Assembly: GCA_947589265.1 (NCBI GenBank)
Contig: CANQAI010000002.1
Location: 1 to 57,576 of the forward strand
Length of the DNA stretch: 57,576 nt
DNA from: an uncultured Clostridia bacterium
GTDB taxonomy: Bacteria > Bacillota > Clostridia > TANB77 > CAG-508
Reading direction: 5' to 3'
A model generated the notes under the pieces. It worked only from the letters and a program-made list of their open reading frames with translations, ran no database searches and was not told where the DNA came from. The stretch's first letter is position 1; each line of letters begins with the position of its first letter. The translations under genes and the position numbers were made by a program. This document shows positions 1 to 9,757 of this stretch, in pieces.

Positions 1-111
1 TAAATAAGATAAAAAACACAGCTTAACAATTAAAATATATATTAAGTTTTTGTTGCATTAGAATTTTGAATGCACATTTTAAATTATAGTTATGAAAATG
101 TTTTAAAACTG

Positions 112-140
112 TTGACAAACAAACCAAAAGTTAGTATAAT
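112..140 (+). promoter_or_regulatory. sigma-A type promoter upstream of rpmF
   Basis: TTGACA (112-117), 17-nt spacer, TATAAT (135-140); about 110-nt leader before rpmF. Confidence 0.6.
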
Positions 141-252
141 TTTATAGTACGAATTTTATGTAGAAAATTCAAAATAGTTATAAATTATAAAATTAAGATA
201 GTTAACAACATATATCTTTATAAACTGAAAGAAGTTAAGGGAGGGAATAAAA

Positions 253-438
253 ATGGCACAACCAAAAAGAAGATGGTCAAAAGCAAGAACACACTTAAAA
301 AGATCAACATGGAAATTAGAAAATCAAAATTTAGTAGATTGTCCACATTGCCACGAAAAAGTTATGCAACATAGAGTTTGCCCAAATTGTGGATATTATG
401 ATGGAAAAGAAGTAGTAGCTCAAAAACAAGAAAATTAA
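253..438 (+). CDS. rpmF: 50S ribosomal protein L32
   Basis: MAQPKRRWSKARTHLKRS N-terminus and CPHC...CPNCG zinc knuckle typical of L32; GGGAGG RBS upstream. Confidence 0.95.
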   Translation: MAQPKRRWSKARTHLKRSTWKLENQNLVDCPHCHEKVMQHRVCPNCGYYDGKEVVAQKQEN

Positions 439-477
439 AAAATAGAATGCTGTAAAATAAGGCTAAAAACAAAGATA

Positions 478-503
478 CCAGTGAACGATCACTGGTTTTT
501 TTG
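478..503 (+). terminator. rho-independent terminator of rpmF
   Basis: stem ccagtga/tcactgg followed by a T-run. Confidence 0.8.
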
Positions 504-594
504 ATTGTAAAGCATTGTTTGCATAAAAAATATTAAAATTATATGAAAGTGCAAAATAATTATACGAAAAAAATATAATCTTTTTTAAATAACA

Positions 595-630
595 AAAAGG
601 GCTTTTTGTGTAAAAGCCCTTTTTTTGTGT
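595..630. terminator. GC-cored hairpin with flanking A and T runs (bidirectional terminator-like)
   Basis: aaaagggctttt / aaaagccctttt stem followed by T-run, just upstream of the YcaO gene. Confidence 0.5.
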
Positions 631-682
631 AAATAAAATGATAGAATTTTGTCGAAAAATAAGGAAAAAGGGAGGAATAAAA

Positions 683-2503
683 ATGAGCGATTTACAGCAA
701 ATGCGTTATAAAGAAACAAGCCCACAAAAAACAGTAAAAAGAATAAAAGAAATTTTAAAAAATAATAATGTTGAAGTTGAAGAAAATTGGACTAAAAAAA
801 GTAGTGTAAACACATATTCTTTAAGATTATGCATAAAAGGAACTAATCTTGGACAAAACGGAAAAGGAATGACAAAAGATTTTGCTTTAGCAAGTGCGTA
901 TGCAGAGTTTTTAGAAAGATATCAAAATGGAATGCTAGTATTTAGAACAGAGAAACCAAACCAAGAATTTCCATTTTTGTATTCTGCAGATGAGAAAAAA
1001 TTAAGTTTAGAGGAACTTGCTAATCAAAATGATAGCTTTATAGAGCAAATATTTGAAGAAAATAAAGAAGAATGTAAAACAAAATTAGAACTTTTAGAAA
1101 AAATATTTGGAAATGCAAAACAAATAGTCTCACTTCCACAGTATAGTGTGAGAGATAAAAAAATAGTATATATTCCACATGTACTTTCATGCCATTTAGT
1201 AGGCTCAAATGGTATGTGTGCAGGCAACAGCCCAGAAGAAGCACTAATTGAGGGAATATCTGAAATATTAGAAAGATATGTTTCTATGCAAATAATTTAT
1301 CAAAAACTAGCACTTCCTGAAATTCCAGAAGAGTTTATTGAAAGATTTCCAAAAGTAAAAGAGATGTACCAAAAACTTAAAAAATCAGAAGAATATGTAT
1401 GCAAATTATTAGATTGTTCTATGGGAGGAAAATATCCAGTAGCAGGGTTAATAATATTACAAAAAAATACAGGAAGGTTTGGTTTTAAGTTGGGAGCTCA
1501 CCCAGACTATGGTATTGCAATGGAAAGATGCTTTACAGAAGCTGCACAAGGAATGGACATTTACACTTATGCCCAAGGATGTATATTTGACTTTAAAAAC
1601 GAAGATTTAGATAATGCAGAAAACATTAGAGAATTTGTAGATAAGAATGTAGCTACATTACCATATCAATTAGTATCACCAGAAAAATCATATAAATTTA
1701 CAGAAGTAGAAGATGTTTCAAATTTAAATAATAGTCAAATTTTAAATAAATTAGTAAATAAAATTTTAAAAGAAGGACATGACATTATAATAAGAGATGT
1801 ATCAACACTTGGATTTCCAAGTTTTAGAGTTATTATACCTGGAATGACAGAAGTAACTAGAACCAAAATGGCAGGAAGATATCGTGAATTTGAAGACATA
1901 GAATATTTATTGAAAGATTTAAATAGGATTAATTTAAACAACTTACCAAAAGTTATACAAATGTTAGAAACGCTAATATATGATGGAGGCTTTGAATCTT
2001 TGTATTTCTTAATGAATGTAAAAGACACTAATCTACTTCCATGTGAAAAAATAAACAATGGTACAAAATATTTCTTAGCAATTTGTTATATTATGAACAA
2101 AGAATATAAAAAAGCTGAGAAAATTTTAGAAGAAATTTTATTTATTGCAAGTAATTTAATACCAGAAGATATAACTACAGTTTTAGTAAGAGCAGTATAT
2201 TATTATTCAGAAGCAATGAGCAGACTAAATAGTCATCAAAAAGCAATGGAATATATAAATTTATTGTTTGATACAGAAATAGCAGAAGCTATAGACTTTA
2301 GCTTTAATAAAAGAGAAAATATTTTGCTAAATCATTACTTAGTAAAGCAAGAAGATTACGTTGAAAATGATGATACATATTATTTACCATTTATGAAAAC
2401 ACTTAAAAAAATGCAAAAAGAAAATATAATTGACCAAATGGAATTAAAAGATTTATTTAATTATAGCAATTTTGAAACTAAAGAAAAATTAGCTATAAAA
2501 TAA
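683..2503 (+). CDS. YcaO-domain protein with a long helical (TPR-like) C-terminal region
   Basis: NGKGMTKDFALASAYAEFLERYQNG and AGNSPEEALIEGISEILERY match YcaO ATP-binding motifs; start moved to ATG 683 behind the GGGAGG RBS. Confidence 0.8.
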   Translation: MSDLQQMRYKETSPQKTVKRIKEILKNNNVEVEENWTKKSSVNTYSLRLCIKGTNLGQNGKGMTKDFALASAYAEFLERYQNGMLVFRTEKPNQEFPFLYSADEKKLSLEELANQNDSFIEQIFEENKEECKTKLELLEKIFGNAKQIVSLPQYSVRDKKIVYIPHVLSCHLVGSNGMCAGNSPEEALIEGISEILERYVSMQIIYQKLALPEIPEEFIERFPKVKEMYQKLKKSEEYVCKLLDCSMGGKYPVAGLIILQKNTGRFGFKLGAHPDYGIAMERCFTEAAQGMDIYTYAQGCIFDFKNEDLDNAENIREFVDKNVATLPYQLVSPEKSYKFTEVEDVSNLNNSQILNKLVNKILKEGHDIIIRDVSTLGFPSFRVIIPGMTEVTRTKMAGRYREFEDIEYLLKDLNRINLNNLPKVIQMLETLIYDGGFESLYFLMNVKDTNLLPCEKINNGTKYFLAICYIMNKEYKKAEKILEEILFIASNLIPEDITTVLVRAVYYYSEAMSRLNSHQKAMEYINLLFDTEIAEAIDFSFNKRENILLNHYLVKQEDYVENDDTYYLPFMKTLKKMQKENIIDQMELKDLFNYSNFETKEKLAIK

Positions 2504-2521
2504 TGCTATTTATAACTAATT

Positions 2522-2637
2522 GCTTAAATAGTACTAGTTTTCTTGTTTTTCAAATGCCCGTTGCAGTAAGAAAAGTTTAAAGAGAAGTAACTCAGAACGG
2601 GACCTCTCAAAACTGCGAAAAATAGTACCATTTAAGC
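2522..2637 (+). repeat. structured intergenic repeat, copy A (long imperfect hairpin)
   Basis: near-identical to 30234-30346 and related to 13611-13720; outer stem gcttaaatagtact/agtaccatttaagc, inner stem cccgtt/aacggg. Confidence 0.8.
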
Positions 2638-2668
2638 TTTAATATAATTATGACTCAGCAAAAAAATC

Positions 2669-2701
2669 AAATAGCAAGTTTTGTCTTGCTATTTTTTTTT
2701 G
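2669..2701 (+). terminator. rho-independent terminator
   Basis: atagcaag/cttgctat stem followed by T10. Confidence 0.8.
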
Positions 2702-2875
2702 CTTATAGTAAAATAAATACGGAAAGAAAAAATAATGTTATAGCGAAAATATTAAAATTTATAGAAATGCTATTAATATAACAAATATCATATAAAAGGT
2801 TTATAGATATAGCCTTATTAAAAATCTAAATATATTAAATAAAGGAGTAGAGGGAAAAATACCTCATAGTAAAAA

Positions 2876-4198
2876 ATGTCAAAAGCAACAGTTGCAATTA
2901 TAGGAAGACCCAATGTAGGGAAATCTACCTTTTTTAATTATATAGTAGGAAAAAGAATTTCTATTGTAGAAGATACACCAGGCGTTACAAGAGACAGAGT
3001 ATATGCAGATGCTACTTGGAGAGATAGAGACTTTACCTTAATAGATACCGGAGGCATTGAACCAGAAAGTGATGACACTATAACTATTCAAATGAGAAAT
3101 CAAGCAAATATTGCAATAGAGCTTGCAGATGTAATAGTATTTTTAACAGATATTAAGCAAGGAGTAACTGCATCAGATAAAGACATTGCACTAATGCTTA
3201 AAAAATCTAAAAAGCCGGTTATATTAGTTTGCAATAAGTCAGATACTTATGGAGAAGTTCCAAATGAACTATACGAATTTTACAATTTAGGACTTGGAGA
3301 GCCTTATGCAGTATCTGCAGTAAATGCTAAGGGAATTGGAGATGTATTAGATGCTATTTTTGAAAAGTTACCACCTCAAACAGAAAAAAATGAAGATGAC
3401 CTAGTTATAAAAGTAGCAATGATAGGAAAGCCAAATGTAGGAAAATCTTCACTTATAAATAAAATACTAGGAGAAAATAGAGTAATAGTAAGTGATATAG
3501 CAGGAACAACTAGAGATGCTATAGATTCGGAATTTGAAAATGAGTTTGGTAAATATGTATTTATAGATACAGCAGGAATTAGAAGAAAAAGTAAAGTAGA
3601 TGATAACCTAGAAAAATATAGCGTAGTAAGAAGCATGCTTGCAATAGAAAGAGCAGATGTGTGTGTTTTAATGCTAGATGCAAATGAAGGAGTAACTGCT
3701 CAAGATGCAAAAATAGCAGGAGAAGCACATGAAGCAGGGAAAGGCATAATTATTGCAGTAAATAAATGGGACGAAATTGAAAAAGACAATCAAACACTAG
3801 AAAACTATAAAAAAGAAGTATATAATAAACTATCATATTTATCGTATGCACCAATAATATTTATTTCTGCAAAAACAGGTCAAAGAGTAAATAAACTATA
3901 TGAAATGATAAATATGGTAGCAAATCAAAACGCTTTAAGAGTATCAACTTCTGTATTAAATGATATTTTAAGCGAGGCAGTAACAATTGTTCAGCCACCT
4001 ACAGACAAAGGAAAAAGACTCAAAATTTATTATATGACACAAGCAGGAACAAAACCACCAACATTTGTTGTATTTGTAAATGACAAAGACTTATTTCACT
4101 TTTCTTATGAACGTTATTTAATAAACCAAATAAGAAAAGAATTCGGAGGGCTTATTGGCACTCCAGTTAGAATGATAGTAAGAGAAAAAGGAGAGTGA
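2876..4198 (+). CDS. der: ribosome-associated GTPase Der/EngA (two GTPase domains)
   Basis: two G1 motifs GRPNVGKST and GKPNVGKSS, KH-like C-terminus. Confidence 0.95.
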   Translation: MSKATVAIIGRPNVGKSTFFNYIVGKRISIVEDTPGVTRDRVYADATWRDRDFTLIDTGGIEPESDDTITIQMRNQANIAIELADVIVFLTDIKQGVTASDKDIALMLKKSKKPVILVCNKSDTYGEVPNELYEFYNLGLGEPYAVSAVNAKGIGDVLDAIFEKLPPQTEKNEDDLVIKVAMIGKPNVGKSSLINKILGENRVIVSDIAGTTRDAIDSEFENEFGKYVFIDTAGIRRKSKVDDNLEKYSVVRSMLAIERADVCVLMLDANEGVTAQDAKIAGEAHEAGKGIIIAVNKWDEIEKDNQTLENYKKEVYNKLSYLSYAPIIFISAKTGQRVNKLYEMINMVANQNALRVSTSVLNDILSEAVTIVQPPTDKGKRLKIYYMTQAGTKPPTFVVFVNDKDLFHFSYERYLINQIRKEFGGLIGTPVRMIVREKGE

Positions 4199-4203
4199 TT
4201 TTT

Positions 4204-4842
4204 ATGGCAACATATATAATAGTTGCAATTATTGCCTATTTGTTAGGTAGTATTAGTTTTTCAGTTATTATTAGCAAAAAAGTAGCAGGATTTGATGTAA
4301 GAGAAAAAGGAAGTGGAAACGCAGGAACCACAAATGTATTAAGGTCAGTTGGCAAAGGAGCTGCTGCTGTTACATTAATTTGTGATGTTTTAAAAGGTGT
4401 TGTAGCAGTTTTAATTGCATATTTAGCAGGAAAAATTGTACATAATTTAGATAATGCACTTTTACTACAACTTGCAGGCATATTTGTTATTTTAGGGCAC
4501 ACTTTTCCTGTATTTTTCAAATTTAAAGGAGGAAAAGGAATTGCAACATCATTAGGTGTACTTTTAATTACAAATTGGCAAATTGGACTAATTTGTTTGG
4601 TATTTGCTTTAATATTAATGGCTTTAACAAGAATGGTGTCAGTAGGTTCAATTGCAGCTGCAGTATTATTTCCAGTATTAGTACTATTTATTAATCAAAA
4701 TTATTTAGTAGAGGCCAATAATTGGAGCTATTTAATATATAGTATTATATTAGCAGTTTTAGTTATATTTAATCATAGAGCAAATATAAAAAGACTTTTA
4801 GCCGGAGAAGAAAATAAAATAAGCTTCAAAAAAAATAATTAA
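4204..4842 (+). CDS. plsY: glycerol-3-phosphate acyltransferase PlsY
   Basis: multi-TM protein with GSGNAGTTN motif; der-plsY-gpsA synteny; ATG 4204 chosen behind the AGGAG-like RBS. Confidence 0.9.
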   Translation: MATYIIVAIIAYLLGSISFSVIISKKVAGFDVREKGSGNAGTTNVLRSVGKGAAAVTLICDVLKGVVAVLIAYLAGKIVHNLDNALLLQLAGIFVILGHTFPVFFKFKGGKGIATSLGVLLITNWQIGLICLVFALILMALTRMVSVGSIAAAVLFPVLVLFINQNYLVEANNWSYLIYSIILAVLVIFNHRANIKRLLAGEENKISFKKNN

Positions 4843-4888
4843 AAATTTATAATCAAAAGTAGTGATGCTAAATTTAGAAAGGAAGACT

Positions 4889-5872
4889 ATGAAAAAAATT
4901 TGTATAATTGGAAGTGGTAGCTGGGGATGTGCTCTAGCCATTCATGCTGCTAAACTAGGACATAAAGTAAAAATCTGGTCATTTACAGAAGAGGAAACCA
5001 ATGCCATAAACAATGAAAAAAAATGTGTATTTTTACCAATGGCGAAAATTCCTGATGGTGTATATTGTACAACAGATATAAAAGAGGCTGTTGAAGGAAC
5101 AGATATAATTTTACATGTAACACCTTCAAAATTTTTTAGGGAAACTGTAAAAAAATATAAGGGATATATTACAGATCAGCCTATTATTATTTGTTCTAAA
5201 GGGTTTGAAGCTTCTACATTATCTTTACTAAGCGAAGTTGCAAATGAGGAAATACCAAATTCAAAAATTGGAGTATTTTCAGGTCCAAGTCATGCAGAAG
5301 AAGTATCTATTGGAATACCTACTGCGATTGTAATTGCGTCAAAAGACTATGATGTACAAAATATGATGCAAGAAGAATTTATGAATGAAAATATGAGAAT
5401 TTATACAAGCACAGATGTAAGAGGTGTAGAACTAGGAGGAGCTCTAAAAAATATTATCGCCTTTTGTGCAGGAGCAGCAGCAGAATTAGGACTAGGAGAT
5501 AATAGTTTCGCAGCATTAATATCTAGAGGCTTAACAGAAATTTCAAGACTAGGTGTTGCAATGGGAGGAGAGCATGATACATTCTATGGCTTATCTGGAT
5601 TAGGAGATTTAATTGTAACTTGCTTAAGTGAACATAGTAGAAATAGAAGAGCTGGAAGATGTATAGGAAGAGGGCTTTCAGTAGAGGAAACTAGAAAAGA
5701 AATAGGAATGGTAATAGAAAGTATTGATAATATTGAAGTTGCACATGAGTTATCAAAAAAGTACAATATAGAAATGCCAATTGTGCAAACAGTATATGAT
5801 GTTTTATACAATAATTTGCCACCCAAAGAAGCAGTTACAAAGTTAATGACACGTGATAAAAAAAGTGAATAA
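4889..5872 (+). CDS. gpsA: NAD(P)H-dependent glycerol-3-phosphate dehydrogenase
   Basis: MKKICIIGSGSWG Rossmann N-terminus, GALKNIIA motif. Confidence 0.92.
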   Translation: MKKICIIGSGSWGCALAIHAAKLGHKVKIWSFTEEETNAINNEKKCVFLPMAKIPDGVYCTTDIKEAVEGTDIILHVTPSKFFRETVKKYKGYITDQPIIICSKGFEASTLSLLSEVANEEIPNSKIGVFSGPSHAEEVSIGIPTAIVIASKDYDVQNMMQEEFMNENMRIYTSTDVRGVELGGALKNIIAFCAGAAAELGLGDNSFAALISRGLTEISRLGVAMGGEHDTFYGLSGLGDLIVTCLSEHSRNRRAGRCIGRGLSVEETRKEIGMVIESIDNIEVAHELSKKYNIEMPIVQTVYDVLYNNLPPKEAVTKLMTRDKKSE

Positions 5873-5941
5873 AATTTTGGTATATTTTTCATTTTTAAGT
5901 CCATAATATTACAAGAACTATATGAAAGGATGGATTTTTAA

Positions 5942-6505
5942 ATGGAAAAAATAATTGACAATATAAAAAAAGGTGCATATAACACATATAAATATGCAGC
6001 AGAAAGTGCCGGAAAAATTGCTCGTGAAATAAAATTAAAAACACAAATGGCAAATAATAAATTACAAATTAAAGATTTATATGAAGATATAGGAAAAAAT
6101 GTATATGAAAAATATTTATTAAAAGAAAAAATAGACATTGATTCAGACTTCACAACTGATTGTTCAATGATAGACATTTTGGCAGGAGAAATAGAAGAAA
6201 TTCGTAAAGAAATATTAAGCTTAAAAGAACTAAAGCAATGTCCGGAATGTAATTATGAAATTGGTATAGATTATCATTATTGCCCTAATTGTGGATATGA
6301 GCAAGACCTAGACAAAAAAGACATGAAAAACGATGGTCCTGCAACAATAGAAACAACAGACAATATAGATAAAACTTTAAAAAGGAAAAATAACTTCAAT
6401 GACTATGACATGAGCGAAGATGATACAATAAATGAAAACGACACAGATTATGAAAAAACAGAAAGCCAAGATATAGAAAACGAAGAAATAGAAGATGATG
6501 AATAA
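5942..6505 (+). CDS. zinc-ribbon domain protein with acidic C-terminal tail
   Basis: [19 protein letters not shown] zinc ribbon; no closer family recognised. Confidence 0.55.
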   Translation: MEKIIDNIKKGAYNTYKYAAESAGKIAREIKLKTQMANNKLQIKDLYEDIGKNVYEKYLLKEKIDIDSDFTTDCSMIDILAGEIEEIRKEILSLKELKQCPECNYEIGIDYHYCPNCGYEQDLDKKDMKNDGPATIETTDNIDKTLKRKNNFNDYDMSEDDTINENDTDYEKTESQDIENEEIEDDE

Positions 6506-6536
6506 CATCATCTTTTTGAATAATGAAAGGAAAAAT

Positions 6537-6977
6537 ATGAAACTAGTAGTACAAAGAGTAAAAAAAGCAAATGTAGTAGTAAACAATGAAACAATAGGAG
6601 AAATTGGTCAAGGATATATGGTACTTATAGGGGTTGGACCACAAGACACAAAACAAACAGCAGATTTTTTAGTACAAAAATTAATAAAACTAAGAATATT
6701 TGAAGATGAAAACCAAAAGATGAATTTATCTATTAAAGATATAAATGGAGAACTTTTAATAGTATCACAATTTACTTTATATGCAGATACAAATTCAGGA
6801 AATAGACCAAGTTTTGTAAATGCAGCAAAGCCAGACTTAGCAAATGAGCTTTATGAATATTTTGTAGAAGAATGCAAAAAACAAAATATTAAAAAAGTAG
6901 CTACTGGCAAGTTTGGAGAGGACATGCAAGTAACACTTCAAAATGATGGACCAGTTACTATTATTTTAGAAAAATAG
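6537..6977 (+). CDS. dtd: D-aminoacyl-tRNA deacylase
   Basis: MKLVVQRV..., SQFTLYAD and GNRPSF motifs. Confidence 0.92.
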   Translation: MKLVVQRVKKANVVVNNETIGEIGQGYMVLIGVGPQDTKQTADFLVQKLIKLRIFEDENQKMNLSIKDINGELLIVSQFTLYADTNSGNRPSFVNAAKPDLANELYEYFVEECKKQNIKKVATGKFGEDMQVTLQNDGPVTIILEK

Positions 6978-6985
6978 ATTCTAAG

Positions 6986-7309
6986 TTAATAAGGATAACG
7001 CTCATACAAATAACGAATTACATCATCTGCATTATTATGAGTTACATTAATAAGCATATTCTTATCTAAACTAATCCACATATTAATTTTATAATCCTCT
7101 TGATTTTCAATTAAGGCACTAATTATATCTGCTATTTCAATAGGATTTTCATATTCTTTTTGCCATAGTAAATCATCTTCTATATTATCTATATTAGAAG
7201 ATGATTTTTCATAAAAATGTTCTAAAAATCTATTAATTTCACCACTTTTGTTACTATATAACTTGACAATTGCCCTCATAATTACTGACATTCCTTTCTT
7301 TAATGACAC
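6986..7309 (-). CDS. hypothetical protein (start uncertain)
   Basis: 107-aa ORF, the only minus-strand ORF in its neighbourhood; no family recognised. Confidence 0.4.
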   Translation of the reverse strand: MSLKKGMSVIMRAIVKLYSNKSGEINRFLEHFYEKSSSNIDNIEDDLLWQKEYENPIEIADIISALIENQEDYKINMWISLDKNMLINVTHNNADDVIRYLYERYPY

Positions 7310-7494
7310 AAAATTTACGTAAAATAAATTTTTAACTTAAAAACTCCTTTTATACATAGTATTTTTTAAAGAAAAATATTTATACTTGAGAATAAAAGGT
7401 AATTTTTTGGAAACACTAAAACTATTAAATTAGTAATTCGAAACAATTGTAAATATGAAAGGAGAATATGATTAAATAATCATATAAAAAATTT

Positions 7495-8445
7495 ATGAAA
7501 AAAAATTTAATAATTATAATTCCTACAATAGTTATCATAATTTTAATAATAAGTTCCTTATTCGTATATGCTGGCATAAATAATCAAAATAAAACTCCTA
7601 AATTAGAAGAGAAAGTATCACAAGAAATTAAATATTTAAATAGCTATTTAATAGCCATTTTAGGGGATTTTAATGGACTTACAATTGAAAATAGTGTATT
7701 TCAATTAAACCCAGAAGAAACAGAGCTAGAAAAATCAGAAAATAACTCTTCTACAATAGAATCAGAAGAAGAAAAAGAAGGAGGAAACTCTAATAATAAA
7801 GCACAAGGAAACGAAGAAGCAAACCAAGACAACAAATCACAAGACCAATCTGATGCAAACAACAAAAATAACCAAAGTGGCGCATCAGATAAAACACAAA
7901 CAGGAATATTAAATCATAATGGAAAATATGAAACTAAATGGAGTGAAATAAAAAATAAAATTGAAGAGCTTTATACAACATGGAATTCAATTGCACTTGA
8001 TTTACATGCATTAAATGTGGATGGTAATTCAATATTATCTTTTAGCAATATATTAAATAGTGCAACACAAAACATAAAAAAAGAAGATAAGCAAAAATCC
8101 ATGGAAAATCTAGGAAGCTTAAGTGAGCTATTAGTACAATATATGAACAGTTATAGCTCAAATTCAAGAGAAAAAGAAATGTTAAATGTAGAAGTGCAAA
8201 CACTTTTAGCATATATAAATGTTACAGGTGAAAAATGGGATGAAGCTTTAAAAAATGCAAATGTTGCAGAACAATCATTAGCTGGAACAATTAATTCAGT
8301 AGCAAAAAACGACCAAAAGCAAGGAACAATAAACCAATGTTATATATTAGTAAATGAATTAAGAAATGCAATTAATATAAAAGATAAGGACATTTTTTAT
8401 ATACAGTATCAGAACTTAATAACAAAAATGGAAATACTGTTTTAA
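7495..8445 (+). CDS. hypothetical membrane-anchored protein with a Ser/Asn/Gln/Glu-rich linker
   Basis: N-terminal TM helix, low-complexity segment, helical C-terminus. Confidence 0.5.
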   Translation: MKKNLIIIIPTIVIIILIISSLFVYAGINNQNKTPKLEEKVSQEIKYLNSYLIAILGDFNGLTIENSVFQLNPEETELEKSENNSSTIESEEEKEGGNSNNKAQGNEEANQDNKSQDQSDANNKNNQSGASDKTQTGILNHNGKYETKWSEIKNKIEELYTTWNSIALDLHALNVDGNSILSFSNILNSATQNIKKEDKQKSMENLGSLSELLVQYMNSYSSNSREKEMLNVEVQTLLAYINVTGEKWDEALKNANVAEQSLAGTINSVAKNDQKQGTINQCYILVNELRNAINIKDKDIFYIQYQNLITKMEILF

Positions 8446-8474
8446 AAAAGGGACAGTCCCTTTTTCCCTTTTTC

Positions 8475-8503
8475 TTGATTTTTACCCCAAAGTATAGTAT
8501 AAT
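8475..8503 (+). promoter_or_regulatory. promoter of rnpB
   Basis: TTGATT, 17-nt spacer, TATAAT; ends about 7 nt before the P1 stem. Confidence 0.55.
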
Positions 8504-8509
8504 TTAAAG

Positions 8510-8857
8510 GTAGCAAGTTGGATAGTCGCGTATAGCAAGGCCGAAAGACAGCGTACGAGGAAAGTCCGGGCTCCATAGAGTAATGATGCTGGATAACGTC
8601 CAGTGAGGGAAACCTTAAGGAAAGTGCAACAGAAAATAACCACCTAAATTTTTAGGTAAGGGTGAAAAGGCAGGGTAAGAGCCTACCGCTAATATGGTGA
8701 CATATTAGGTTAGTGTAAACCCCATCTGGAGCAACACCGAGCAAGGAAAGCTAAGGCTACTCGCCATTTTCCTGATTTGGTGGCATGATGCTTACAGTAA
8801 TGTAAGTACTAGATAAATGACTATCCTAGACAGAACCCGGCTTATAGACTTGCTACA
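8510..8857 (+). ncRNA. rnpB: RNase P RNA (bacterial, type B-like)
   Basis: universal GAGGAAAGTCCGGGCTCC and ACAGAACCCGGCTTA elements; P1 pairing tagcaagt/acttgcta. Confidence 0.9.
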
Positions 8858-9726
8858 TTTTGCATATCACTAGGCAATTCAATTTCATAAACTTTTTTAT
8901 CTTTTGTAATAGGATGTGTAAAGCTAATATAATAACTGTGTAAAGCTTGCCTATTAATTAAATTAGATGGCATGCCATAAAGAGTATCACCTAAAAGAGG
9001 ATGTCCAATATAGGCAAAGTGAACACGAATTTGGTGAGTTCTGCCAGTTTCTAAAGAACATTCTATAACATCAAAATTTTTTTCTTTATTAGAACTTAAA
9101 ACTTTATAATGTGTAATAGCAGTTTCACCGTTTTCATTTACACATCTTTCAATAATGCTTTCAGCTTTTCTAGCAATAGGAGCAAAAATACTTCCTTCAT
9201 TTTTTTCTAAATTCCCATTAACAATAGCTATATACTTTTTTTCAAATTCTTTTGTTTTCATTTGTTTTACTAAACATTCTTGAATATATTCATTTTTAGC
9301 AAATACAACCAAACCAGAGGTGTCTTTATCCAATCTATTAACAGGTCTTATTTTTTTATGAACCCCTATTTTATCAAAATAAAATCTAACACCATTTGAT
9401 AAAGTATTTGAATAATGCTTAGCAGAAGGATGAATAGAAATTCCAAAAGGTTTATTAATAACTAAATAGCAATCATCTTCATATATAATATCTAAAGGCA
9501 TTTGAGTAGGAACTACATTTTCATTTTCTTCATCATAATCTAAATCTACAGTAATTACATCACCAACATTAATAGAATGATGAACATAAACTATTTCACC
9601 ATTTAAAGTGATTTTTTTCATATTTTTAAGTTTTAATAAAAGCCTATCAGACATAAGAAAATGTACTTTCAAGGCTTCCTTAACATTCGAATAAGCATTA
9701 TTTATAACTTTATAGCTTAATTTCAT
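8842..9726 (-). CDS. RluA-family 23S rRNA pseudouridine synthase (RluD-like) with S4 domain
   Basis: NRLDKDTSGLVVFAK catalytic motif, GRTHQIRVH motif. Confidence 0.88.
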   Translation of the reverse strand: MKLSYKVINNAYSNVKEALKVHFLMSDRLLLKLKNMKKITLNGEIVYVHHSINVGDVITVDLDYDEENENVVPTQMPLDIIYEDDCYLVINKPFGISIHPSAKHYSNTLSNGVRFYFDKIGVHKKIRPVNRLDKDTSGLVVFAKNEYIQECLVKQMKTKEFEKKYIAIVNGNLEKNEGSIFAPIARKAESIIERCVNENGETAITHYKVLSSNKEKNFDVIECSLETGRTHQIRVHFAYIGHPLLGDTLYGMPSNLINRQALHSYYISFTHPITKDKKVYEIELPSDMQNVASL

Positions 9727-9757
9727 AATTTCCTCTTATATAAAATATTAAAATTAA

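Noticed and set aside
141-252. About 110-nt rpmF leader as a ribosomal-protein autoregulatory leader or riboswitch
   Set aside because: I could find no convincing conserved structure or known motif by eye.
543-578. Mini-ORF MKVQNNYTKKI upstream of the YcaO gene as a possible RiPP precursor
   Set aside because: It has no RBS, is only 11 codons long, has no Cys/Ser-rich core, and is separated from the YcaO gene by a terminator-like hairpin.
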